The notes under the pieces: generated by a model
The model's database searches: none
What the model was told of the DNA's origin: nothing
Seen by the model: the letters and a program-made list of their open reading frames with translations, nothing else
Translations under genes and position numbers: made by a program
Shown here: in pieces, positions 16,384-25,131 of the stretch
How positions within the stretch are numbered: the stretch's first letter is position 1
How the letters are laid out: each line of letters opens with the position of its first letter
NCBI GenBank assembly: GCA_017415025.1
Contig: JAFQJH010000009.1
Coordinates: forward strand, 23,570-87,569
Direction of reading: 5' to 3'
From: Clostridia bacterium
GTDB taxonomy: Bacteria; Bacillota; Clostridia; Oscillospirales; Acutalibacteraceae
Length of the DNA stretch: 64,000 nt

Positions 16384-16427
16384 AAAGCAGTAACTCTCAG
16401 ATGAAAGTTACTGCTTGATTTTTTTAT
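16384..16427. terminator. Convergent (bidirectional) terminator between remB and serS
   Basis: Hairpin AAGCAGTAAC/GTTACTGCTT followed by a T7 run. Confidence 0.7.
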
Positions 16428-16433
16428 ATTATC

Positions 16434-17702
16434 TTATTTAATAATATCCGTACCCATATAAGGAACGAGAACCTCGGGGATTGTTACTGTGCCGTCCTCA
16501 TTCTGGAAGTTTTCGAGGATTGCCGCAACTGTTCTGCCGACTGCAACGCCTGAGCCGTTGAGTGTATGAACAAGCTGTGCCTTTGATTTCTGATCCTTCT
16601 TGAAGCGAATAGCCGCACGGCGTGCCTGGAAGTCCTCAAAGTTTGAGCAGGAAGAAATCTCAACGTATCTGCCGTAGGAGGGCATCCATACTTCAATATC
16701 ATAAGTCTTCGCCGATGAGAAGCCGATATCACCCGTTGAAAGGCATACAACTCTGTGAGGAAGACCGAGGAGTTGAAGAACTCTCTCTGCATCGTTTGTG
16801 AGCTTTTCGAGCTCGTCATAAGATGTTTCGGGGTCTACAAACTTAACAAGCTCAACCTTGTTGAACTGATGCTGACGGATAAGACCTCTTGTGTCGCGTC
16901 CTGCAGAGCCTGCCTCTGCGCGGAAGCAAGCGGAATATGCGCAATAGCTGATAGGAAGCTTGCTGCCGTCAATGATTTCATCGCGGAACATATTTGTAAC
17001 GGGAACCTCTGCTGTCGGAATGAGGAAGAAATCGTCAGTAGTCTTGAATGCATCCTCTTCAAACTTCGGGAGCTGACCTGTGCCTGTCATTGATGCACGG
17101 TTTACAAGGTACGGAGGAAGAACCTCTGTGTAGCCGTTTTCTGTATGAGTATTAAGGAAAAAGCTGATGATAGCTCTTTCAAGGCGTGCGCCGAGACCCT
17201 TATAGAAGTGGAAGCGTGTGCCCGTTACCTTTGCGGCTGTTTCCGGATCAAGGATTCCGAGGTCAGCACCGATATCCCAATGTGCTTTAGGCTCAAAGCC
17301 AAATTCTCTCGGCTCACCAAAGCGTCGGATTTCAACGTTTTCGCTGTCGTCCTTACCCTGCGGAACGCTTGAGTTGGGAACGTTCGGGAATTCATACATA
17401 ATTGTTTTCTGCTTTTTGTCGAGCTCTGCGATTTCAGCATCGTTAGCCTTGACCTTTTCCTTAATCTCGTTCATACGAGCCATAATTTCGGAAATGTCGC
17501 CGCCTGCCTTCTTAATCTGCGGAATCTGCTTGCTTGCGGAGTTCTGCTCCTGCTTCATTGCATCGGTAATCTGCATAAGCTCACGGCGCTGAACGTCGAT
17601 TGCGAGAACCTCGTCAACAAGTGCATCCATATCCTTATTTCTCGACTTCATAGCCGCCTTGACCAAGTCGGGATTTTCTCTAATTAGTTTGATATCTAAC
17701 AT
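16434..17702 (-). CDS. serS: Seryl-tRNA synthetase
   Basis: 422 aa. N-terminal coiled coil [12 protein letters not shown] and class II motifs ([30 protein letters not shown]). Confidence 0.95.
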   Translation of the reverse strand: MLDIKLIRENPDLVKAAMKSRNKDMDALVDEVLAIDVQRRELMQITDAMKQEQNSASKQIPQIKKAGGDISEIMARMNEIKEKVKANDAEIAELDKKQKTIMYEFPNVPNSSVPQGKDDSENVEIRRFGEPREFGFEPKAHWDIGADLGILDPETAAKVTGTRFHFYKGLGARLERAIISFFLNTHTENGYTEVLPPYLVNRASMTGTGQLPKFEEDAFKTTDDFFLIPTAEVPVTNMFRDEIIDGSKLPISYCAYSACFRAEAGSAGRDTRGLIRQHQFNKVELVKFVDPETSYDELEKLTNDAERVLQLLGLPHRVVCLSTGDIGFSSAKTYDIEVWMPSYGRYVEISSCSNFEDFQARRAAIRFKKDQKSKAQLVHTLNGSGVAVGRTVAAILENFQNEDGTVTIPEVLVPYMGTDIIK

Positions 17703-17724
17703 TTATTATCACTCCTGATAAATA

Positions 17725-18591
17725 TTATTTTCCGTAATTTTCAAGCTGTAATGCAAGACTTTCGAGGTCAGACTTGTCAAAAAATTCAATTTCAAGCACG
17801 CCTGCACCCTTCTTGCCGCTTTCTTTAATCTTAACCTTTCTGCCAAGGTTGTTTTTGAGAGCAAGCTCAACCTCGCTGAAAAACTTTTCTCTCTTTTTGG
17901 GCTCTTTCGGTTTTGCCGGTGCTGTTTTTGCCGCCTTTACGAGAGCCTCAATCTGACGGACTGATATATCCTCTTTAATAATCAGATTTGCAGTTGCAAG
18001 CATATCGGATTCATTTGCAAAACCGAGCAAAGCTCTTGCGTGTCCTGCAGAAATAAGATTATTTTTAACCATTTCCTGAATTTCCTCGGGAAGCTTCAGA
18101 AGACGAAGAGAGTTTGCGATTGCAGGACGGGATTTGCCGACCTTTTCAGCCGCTTCTTCCTGTGTTATCTTGAGCTCCTGCATCATATAGCTGTATCCTA
18201 GTGCTTCTTCAAGCGGATTGAGGTCTTCGCGCTGAAGGTTCTCAACCATAGCAATTTCAATGGTTTCCTCATCAGTAAGCTCTTTAATTATAACAGGAAC
18301 CTCTGAAAGACCTGCAATTCGTGCTGCGCGCCAGCGACGTTCACCCGCAACGAGCTGATAACCGCCGTTTGTCATCGGACGGACAACAAGTGGCTGAAGT
18401 ACACCGTGCTGTGCAATGCTGTCTGCAAGCTCCGCCAAAGCCTTTTCATCAAAAATCTTTCTCGGCTGGTCGTGATTTGGCTCAATTTCCATAAGCTTCA
18501 GCTTATTTGTTGAAGCGTTAATCTCTTCTACTGAATTGTCAACGAAAAGTGACTCGAGTCCCCTGCCGAGACCGTTTCTTTTAGCTGCCAT
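17725..18591 (-). CDS. parB: Chromosome partitioning protein ParB/Spo0J
   Basis: 288 aa. LQPLVVRP...YQLVAGERRWRAA ParB box and an HTH. Lies downstream of parA. Confidence 0.9.
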   Translation of the reverse strand: MAAKRNGLGRGLESLFVDNSVEEINASTNKLKLMEIEPNHDQPRKIFDEKALAELADSIAQHGVLQPLVVRPMTNGGYQLVAGERRWRAARIAGLSEVPVIIKELTDEETIEIAMVENLQREDLNPLEEALGYSYMMQELKITQEEAAEKVGKSRPAIANSLRLLKLPEEIQEMVKNNLISAGHARALLGFANESDMLATANLIIKEDISVRQIEALVKAAKTAPAKPKEPKKREKFFSEVELALKNNLGRKVKIKESGKKGAGVLEIEFFDKSDLESLALQLENYGK

Positions 18592-19367
18592 TATTTCACT
18601 ACCTTTCCGTTAAGTTTTAAAAATTCTTCGCTGAGTGAATCATAAGCGATTGCACCCTTCGAATTTTTATCGTAATAATTGATAGGTAAGCCGTAGCTCG
18701 GTGCTTCGGAAAGCTTAACGTTACGCGGAATGACCGTAGTATAAACCTTTCTCGGGAAAAACCTCTTAAGCTCATCCACAACCTGATGAGTAAGATTAAG
18801 TCTTCCGTCATACATTGTCAGAAGCACGCCTTCCATATCAATCAGCGGATTATAAAGCCTTTTAATCTGTCTGATTGTTGCCATAAGCTGTGAAAGGCCC
18901 TCAAGAGCGTAATATTCGCATTGAATCGGCACAAGAACGGTATCTGCAGCGCATAGTCCGTTGAGTGTAAGCAATCCGAGTGACGGCGGACAATCAAGAA
19001 AAATGAAGTCAAAGCTGTCCTTTACGAGAGCAATGGCATTTTTAAGCTTTGCCTCTCGCCTGTTCATATCAACAAGTTCAAGCTCTGCACCTGCAAGATT
19101 CATACTTGACGGAAGCACCCAGAGGTTATCAAACTCTGTTTTTACCATTACTTTTTCAATCTGCATCGAATTTACAAGCACATCGTAGGATGAAAGCTTC
19201 AATTCACGCTTATTTATGCCGAGACCGCTTGTTGCATTACCCTGCGGGTCAATATCTGCAAGAAGTACGCGGAAGCCTTTGGCAGCAACGCAGGCGGCAA
19301 GATTGACGGTTGAAGTGGTTTTACCCACACCGCCCTTCTGATTAACAACTGCAATTGTTTTAGCCAT
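18591..19367 (-). CDS. parA: Chromosome partitioning ATPase ParA/Soj
   Basis: Deviant Walker A VVNQKGGVGKTT. 258 aa. Confidence 0.95.
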   Translation of the reverse strand: MAKTIAVVNQKGGVGKTTSTVNLAACVAAKGFRVLLADIDPQGNATSGLGINKRELKLSSYDVLVNSMQIEKVMVKTEFDNLWVLPSSMNLAGAELELVDMNRREAKLKNAIALVKDSFDFIFLDCPPSLGLLTLNGLCAADTVLVPIQCEYYALEGLSQLMATIRQIKRLYNPLIDMEGVLLTMYDGRLNLTHQVVDELKRFFPRKVYTTVIPRNVKLSEAPSYGLPINYYDKNSKGAIAYDSLSEEFLKLNGKVVK

Positions 19368-19452
19368 TATTATCTCTCCAAAAAATTACTGAAATATATT
19401 ATAGCATAAGTATTTTAAAAATTAAAGTGGAAAAGTATAATTTTATAAAAAA

Positions 19453-19468
19453 TGTTTCACGTGAAACA
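19453..19468. promoter_or_regulatory. parS site (perfect TGTTTCACGTGAAACA)
   Basis: Exact 16-bp palindromic Firmicutes parS consensus in the parA / noc-like intergenic region. Confidence 0.9.
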
Positions 19469-19490
19469 GCGTTTTTAGTCTCCACTGCTC

Positions 19491-19506
19491 TGTTTCACGT
19501 GAAACA
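19491..19506. promoter_or_regulatory. parS site (perfect TGTTTCACGTGAAACA)
   Basis: Second exact copy, 22 bp from the first, abutting the stop codon of the noc-like gene. Confidence 0.9.
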
Positions 19507-19508
19507 AA

Positions 19509-20318
19509 TTATATAGGCTTATTTATTCTGACAACATATTCTATGTACTCGTCAGTATCATTCCTTGTGGCTTTTGCATTAATTCCGCTTTTGCGCATTG
19601 TGCTGACTGCGTGGTTAAGAGTATTTATAAATATCCGTACATCCTTAAATACCATTACTGTTTTACCTTTTTTCGCTTTATCGCTTGGTTTTGCCAGCAT
19701 TTCACAGATTAGCTGTTCCGTTGCGCTGACAGACATCCCCTCTTCAACTATGCGGTCAATCGCCTGCTCCATAAGCGAAGTTGTAGGAAGCTTTAGTAAA
19801 GCGCGTGCGTGTCGCTCCGTAAGACCGTAAAGCATTATATTATATCTGATTTCATCCGGAAGTCTTAATATCTGAAGCTTGTTTATAAGAGTTGAGACAG
19901 ATTTTCCCGTTTTCCTTGCAATTTCTTCTTGCGTAAGACCGAATCCCTTAATAAGCCTTTCAAGCGCGATTGCTTCTTCAAAAAAATGTAAATCCTCCCG
20001 TTGCAGGTTTTCGGTTATGGAAAGCAATGCCGCCTTTTCTTCATCAATATCAATTACAATTGACGGGATTGATGATAAGCCTGCCATTTTACAGGCGCGG
20101 AGTCTGCGTTCGCCCGAAATCAGCTCATATTTGTTATCGTTCTTCTTTCTGACGGTAATCGGCTGTAAAAGACCGTTATAATGTATGCTTTGTGCGAGCT
20201 CTTCAAGATCGTCCCAATTAAAGCTCGTTCTGAGCTGATGCGGATTAGGCAGAATCATCCGTGCAGGAATCAGAATAACCTCATTGCTTCTTTTTAATTT
20301 GTTTCGGTTTTTTAACAT
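19509..20318 (-). CDS. ParB/Noc-family protein (nucleoid-occlusion-like)
   Basis: 269 aa. LQPITVRK...YELISGERRLRA ParB box and an HTH. Sits between rsmG and parA, as noc does in Bacillus. Confidence 0.8.
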   Translation of the reverse strand: MLKNRNKLKRSNEVILIPARMILPNPHQLRTSFNWDDLEELAQSIHYNGLLQPITVRKKNDNKYELISGERRLRACKMAGLSSIPSIVIDIDEEKAALLSITENLQREDLHFFEEAIALERLIKGFGLTQEEIARKTGKSVSTLINKLQILRLPDEIRYNIMLYGLTERHARALLKLPTTSLMEQAIDRIVEEGMSVSATEQLICEMLAKPSDKAKKGKTVMVFKDVRIFINTLNHAVSTMRKSGINAKATRNDTDEYIEYVVRINKPI

Positions 20319-20419
20319 AAAAAGCCTCCCTTAATACTAAAAATAATTTAGCATTTAAAAGGGAGGTTGTCCAACATTTTTGATTGACTGAAATTTAGGT
20401 ATTTTTCGCATTTTCTGCC

Positions 20420-21142
20420 TTATGCGAGCGGCTTTTTTGAAATCTGTGCCGAAGCACGCGGATATTTTGGCGGAGTTTGCGATATTTTTTTTGTAATAAT
20501 AATGCATCTTTCGCCGCAATTATCAATATTAAGGTGGCAAACCCTGTCAACCTTACCGCCGAGCAGCTTTATTGCGTTCTCTGCGCTCTCAAGCTCTTCG
20601 TCAGCTTTTGCCGCCTTCATTGGAGCAAAAATACCTCCGAACTTTACAAAAGGTAAACAATATTCGCTCAAGGTATTCATATTTGCAACTGCACGTGCGG
20701 TTACAAGGTCAAATTTTTCACGGTAAACCTTATCCTTGCCTGCAAGCTCTGCGCGTGAATGAAGAATCTCCGCGTTAAGACCAATTTCATCAAGAACACT
20801 CTGAATAAAGTTAAGTCGCTTATTTGTACCGTCCATAAGCGTAATTTTAATATCAGGACGTGCAATAAGCAGTACTACACCGGGAAATCCCGCGCCCGTA
20901 CCTACATCAATGACCTTTGCACCTTCTTTAAGGTCAACAACCGTCAGAAGGCTCAGGCTATCAATAAAATGCTTGTAAAGAATCTCGTCGGGCTCTGTAA
21001 TAGCTGTCAGATTGAGCGTTTTATTGGTTTCTACAATCATTTCTGCATATTTATCAAGGCGTGAAAGTGCAGTATCATCAAGAATGATGCCGATTTTTTC
21101 GGCTTCTGACTTCAAAAGGGTAGTGTTAATCATTTTCTGCAC
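20420..21142 (-). CDS. rsmG: 16S rRNA (guanine527-N7)-methyltransferase RsmG
   Basis: 240 aa. VIDVGTGAGFPG motif. mnmG-rsmG synteny. Confidence 0.9.
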   Translation of the reverse strand: MQKMINTTLLKSEAEKIGIILDDTALSRLDKYAEMIVETNKTLNLTAITEPDEILYKHFIDSLSLLTVVDLKEGAKVIDVGTGAGFPGVVLLIARPDIKITLMDGTNKRLNFIQSVLDEIGLNAEILHSRAELAGKDKVYREKFDLVTARAVANMNTLSEYCLPFVKFGGIFAPMKAAKADEELESAENAIKLLGGKVDRVCHLNIDNCGERCIIITKKISQTPPKYPRASAQISKKPLA

Positions 21143-23004
21143 TCCTTTTCAAGATAAATTAGCAATACGGATATATCAGACGGGCTTACGCCTGATATAC
21201 GCGATGCCTGACCGATATTATGCGGTCGGATTTTTGAGAGTTTTTCTCTCGCTTCAAGGCGCAGACCGTGGATTGTGTTATAATCAGTGTCCTCGGGCAG
21301 TATTTTAACTTCAAGACGGTGCATTTCGTCCACCTGTGCTTGCTGACGTTTGATATAACCCTCATATTTGATATCAATCTCTACCTGCTCAAAAATTTCG
21401 TAGGGGAGGGGAGGACGTTCCGTATCAAACGGTGTTAACAACTCATAATTAAGCTGCGGTCTTTTAAGAAGCTCCGCAAAGCGTACACCTGTGTTCAGCG
21501 GTGATGTTTCACGTGAAACAAGAAGCTCATTTATCTCATCAGACGGAGAAATTACGAGATTCTGCACTCTTTTTTTCTCAATATCAATAAGCTCGAGTTT
21601 TTTAAGATATTTCTGATATCTTTCTTCGCTGATAAGTCCGATTTCATAGCCGATCGGCGTTAAACGTCTGTCCGCATTGTCCTGACGGAGCAGAAGTCTG
21701 TACTCTGAACGGGATGTCATCATTCTGTACGGGTCGGAGCAGCCCTTTGTTACAAGGTCGTCGATGAGAGTGCCTATATATGAGCCTGAACGCTCAAGAA
21801 TAAGCGGCTCTTTACCCAATATTTTGTGGGCAGCATTTACACCTGCAACAAGACCTTGTGCCGCGGCTTCTTCATAGCCTGAAGAACCGTTGAACTGTCC
21901 CGCGCCGAAAAGACCGCTGTAATCATTAAATTCAAGGCTCGCTTTGAGTGCAAGCGGGTCAACGCAGTCATATTCGATAGCGTAAGCTGTTCGCATTGTT
22001 TCTGCATTCTCCAGACCGGGGATTGAACGGATGAATTTTAACTGAACGTCCTCGGGCAGGGAAGAGGAGAGTCCCTGAAGGTACATTTCCTCTGTATTTT
22101 CGCCGCAGGGCTCAATAAAAATCTGATGTCTCTCTTTTTCTGCAAAGCGGACAATCTTATCTTCAATGCTCGGGCAGTATCTCGGGCCTTTGCCGTCAAT
22201 TTTTCCGCCGTAAAGAGGGGAGCGGTGCAGATTTTTAAGAATAATATCCTTTGTTTCAAGATTTGTGTATGTAATATAGCAGGGGAGCTTGTTCTGAATT
22301 TCGAGATTATTGTCGAAAGAGAACGGAACAATATGCTTGTCGCCCTCCTGAATTTCTAATTTAGAAAAATCAACAGTTTTTCTGTTGACACGCGACGGTG
22401 TTCCTGTCTTGAATCGGCGTGTAGGCAGACCGAGATTTTTAAGAGCAACACCAAGCTTATTTGCGGGGAACATTCCGTCAGGGCCGCTTTCATAGGAAAC
22501 GTCGCCGACGTAGACCTTACCTGCGAGGAAGGTACCCGTTGCGAGGATAACGCAATCCGCCGTATATACTGCCTCAAGGTGAGTTTTAACCTGCCACGTG
22601 CCGTCCTCGAGCTGAGAAAGGTCTGTAATCTCAGCCTGACGGAGGTCAAGGTTGTCCTGAAGCTCTAGCACATGCTTCATATAGTCGGAATAAAGTCTGC
22701 GGTCAATCTGCGCGCGCAGACTGTGAACGGCAGGTCCTTTACCGAGGTTAAGAATACGGCTCTGCAGGGTGTTTGCATCAGCCGCTTTGCCCATTTCACC
22801 GCCGAGAGCATCAATTTCACGAACAAGATGTCCCTTTGAAGTGCCGCCGATTGACGGATTGCAAGCCATATTGCCGACCCAATCGAGATTTATAGTAAAT
22901 ACGCAGGTTTCGCAACCGAGGCGCGCGGAAGCAAGTCCCGCCTCAATTCCTGCATGACCTGCACCGATGACAATAACCTGATATTTTTTTGCAAAATATT
23001 CCAT
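21130..23004 (-). CDS. mnmG: tRNA uridine 5-carboxymethylaminomethyl modification enzyme MnmG (GidA)
   Basis: 624 aa. VIVIGAGHAGIEA FAD motif. Full-length GidA-like sequence. Confidence 0.95.
   Translation of the reverse strand: MEYFAKKYQVIVIGAGHAGIEAGLASARLGCETCVFTINLDWVGNMACNPSIGGTSKGHLVREIDALGGEMGKAADANTLQSRILNLGKGPAVHSLRAQIDRRLYSDYMKHVLELQDNLDLRQAEITDLSQLEDGTWQVKTHLEAVYTADCVILATGTFLAGKVYVGDVSYESGPDGMFPANKLGVALKNLGLPTRRFKTGTPSRVNRKTVDFSKLEIQEGDKHIVPFSFDNNLEIQNKLPCYITYTNLETKDIILKNLHRSPLYGGKIDGKGPRYCPSIEDKIVRFAEKERHQIFIEPCGENTEEMYLQGLSSSLPEDVQLKFIRSIPGLENAETMRTAYAIEYDCVDPLALKASLEFNDYSGLFGAGQFNGSSGYEEAAAQGLVAGVNAAHKILGKEPLILERSGSYIGTLIDDLVTKGCSDPYRMMTSRSEYRLLLRQDNADRRLTPIGYEIGLISEERYQKYLKKLELIDIEKKRVQNLVISPSDEINELLVSRETSPLNTGVRFAELLKRPQLNYELLTPFDTERPPLPYEIFEQVEIDIKYEGYIKRQQAQVDEMHRLEVKILPEDTDYNTIHGLRLEAREKLSKIRPHNIGQASRISGVSPSDISVLLIYLEKECRK
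21505..21520. promoter_or_regulatory. parS site inside mnmG coding sequence
   Basis: Third exact TGTTTCACGTGAAACA. Confidence 0.85.
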
Positions 23005-23013
23005 AAAAATCCT

Positions 23014-24384
23014 TTACTTTCCTACACAGAATTGCCTGAATACCTCGTCAACAACGGCTTCACTTGCCTTCTGCCCCGTCAGCTCGAGCAGAGCCGCGAT
23101 TGCGCCGTCAATGCAGACACCGATTGCATCAAGAGTAAGACCAAAATCTATTGCCTCAAGTGCTTCGTTAAGGCTTGCAACGGCATTTTCACAGCAGAGA
23201 CGCTGTCTTTCGTTGGCAAGCATAGCGGCAGAGGTATCAAAATCCTTCGTGCCGATTAGTGTTGTCACTTTTTCGCAAAGCTCGCCGTAGCCGTCACCGT
23301 CTTTTGCGGAAATTGCAACGCATTTGCCGAGTGTATTTTCTATAACAGAAATATCAGCCTTACGGTCGAGGTCGGTCTTGTTTATAATAGGTATAACCGT
23401 TCTGCCCTTGCACATTTCAATAAGCTCAAGATCCTCCGCTGAAAGCTCGCGCGAAAGGTCAAACACGGCAAAAATCACGGCCGCGCGTTCAAGCTTTTTA
23501 CGGCTGCGGTCAACGCCGATTTTTTCTACGATGTCGCCCGTCTCGCGCATACCTGCGGTATCGGAAAGGCGGAGAATACATCCGTCAAGATTGACGGTCT
23601 CCTCAACAACGTCGCGAGTTGTTCCCTCAACTGCGGTAACGATTGAACGGTCATAGCCCGTAAGAAGATTCATCAGTGTGGATTTGCCGACATTCGGCTT
23701 GCCCACGATTGCGGCATCAACGCCTGTTGTAACAGCCATACCGCTGTCAAAGCGTGAAAGGAGCAGATTTATCTTGTCAAGTGCCGCTTGCACTGTATTT
23801 CTGAGGTTGTTTTCGTCAATTTCCTCAATCTCATCGTCGGGATAATCAACCCACGCGGCAAGGTGAGCCGCAACGGAAAGAAGAGAGGAGTTGATTTCTT
23901 CAATTTTTCTGCTCAATGAGCCTTCGAGCAGGTTGTAGGCGGCATTTGCACCCTGTTCACCCTGCGCGGAGATGAGCGACATAACGCCCTCCGCCTTCGA
24001 AAGGTCCATTTTTCCGTTAAGAAATGCTCTTTTTGTAAATTCACCGGGAGCGGCAGGGGAGGCACCGTTTGCGAGAACAAGGCGGAGTATCTTTTTGGTA
24101 AGAAAAACACCGCCGTGGCAGTTGATTTCAACCACGTTTTCTCCGGTGTAGCTGTGCGGTGCTCTGAAAACGAGGCAGATGGCTTCGTCAACAGCCGTTT
24201 CACCGTCAAAAATTCTGCCGTAATGCGCTTTGTAGCCCTCGGAATCTGCAAGAGCCTTGCCCGAAAAAGCCCTGAAAATCTTATCAGTAATTTCCATAGC
24301 CTTTTCGCCCGATATTCTTATAATTCCAACGCCGCCTGTACCCATAGGCGTGGATATGGCGGCGATAGTTGTCTTGTCTGTCAT
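23014..24384 (-). CDS. mnmE: tRNA modification GTPase MnmE (TrmE)
   Basis: 456 aa. G-domain GKPNVGKSTLMN, DTAG, and the C-terminal FCVGK motif. Confidence 0.95.
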   Translation of the reverse strand: MTDKTTIAAISTPMGTGGVGIIRISGEKAMEITDKIFRAFSGKALADSEGYKAHYGRIFDGETAVDEAICLVFRAPHSYTGENVVEINCHGGVFLTKKILRLVLANGASPAAPGEFTKRAFLNGKMDLSKAEGVMSLISAQGEQGANAAYNLLEGSLSRKIEEINSSLLSVAAHLAAWVDYPDDEIEEIDENNLRNTVQAALDKINLLLSRFDSGMAVTTGVDAAIVGKPNVGKSTLMNLLTGYDRSIVTAVEGTTRDVVEETVNLDGCILRLSDTAGMRETGDIVEKIGVDRSRKKLERAAVIFAVFDLSRELSAEDLELIEMCKGRTVIPIINKTDLDRKADISVIENTLGKCVAISAKDGDGYGELCEKVTTLIGTKDFDTSAAMLANERQRLCCENAVASLNEALEAIDFGLTLDAIGVCIDGAIAALLELTGQKASEAVVDEVFRQFCVGK

Positions 24385-24396
24385 AATAAAAATCCT

Positions 24397-25128
24397 TTAT
24401 ATAACAAGATTAACGTTTATACCTTCAATTCGCTTTGCGATGCGGTAAAAAGCGGATTTTGCAGGAGATTTAAGGAGTATCTGCATTCCCGTTACCGAGC
24501 AATAGGAGAGCTTTCTGTCCTCGGGAACAACTCCGATAAGCTGAAGCACGGTCGCATCAATTACCTCATCAACGTTAAGATAATGTCCGTGAGTCGTGAG
24601 CTTTTTGTTAAAGCGGTTGATAATCAGGCGGACATTTTCGATACCGAGAGAATAGAGCTTATCACCTGCATACTGACCGACACGCACACAGACGTCGTCA
24701 GGAGTTGAAACAATAATTCCTTCGTCGGCACATTCAGCCGCAAGGAGAAATCCTCCGCTGACACCTGCAGGTGCATCAAAAAGAATGTAGTCAAAATCTC
24801 TGTCGTATGAAGCAATCATTTTTTTAACAGCATCAGCGGTGAAGGCGACATCATCTGACGTCGGAGCGACAAGAAGCTTAGGCCCGATTGTTGTACGAAG
24901 TGCGGTTTCGGGCTCGCAGATGCCGTTTATAACATCGCCCCAGTTGAAAATTCCCGTATCATCGGCGGCAAGAATAAGGTCGAGGCAGCCCATACCGATA
25001 TCAAAATCGACAACAAGTGTCTTGAATCCGATTTCGCAAAGAGCGATAGCAACGCCTGCGGTCAGCGAGGATTTGCCGACACCGCCCTTACCGGAAGCGA
25101 ATATAATTTTTCTTGCCATAGTTTTCAC
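24397..25128 (-). CDS. MinD/ParA-family ATPase (MinD-like)
   Basis: Deviant Walker A ASGKGGVGKSS. 243 aa. Located at the end of the mreBCD-mrdA block. No minC is nearby. Confidence 0.75.
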   Translation of the reverse strand: MKTMARKIIFASGKGGVGKSSLTAGVAIALCEIGFKTLVVDFDIGMGCLDLILAADDTGIFNWGDVINGICEPETALRTTIGPKLLVAPTSDDVAFTADAVKKMIASYDRDFDYILFDAPAGVSGGFLLAAECADEGIIVSTPDDVCVRVGQYAGDKLYSLGIENVRLIINRFNKKLTTHGHYLNVDEVIDATVLQLIGVVPEDRKLSYCSVTGMQILLKSPAKSAFYRIAKRIEGINVNLVI

Positions 25129-25131
25129 TCC

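Noticed and set aside
17703-17724. Expected T-box leader upstream of serS
   Set aside because: Only 22 bp separate the serS start from the parB stop. There is no room for a T-box, so serS appears to be co-transcribed with parB.
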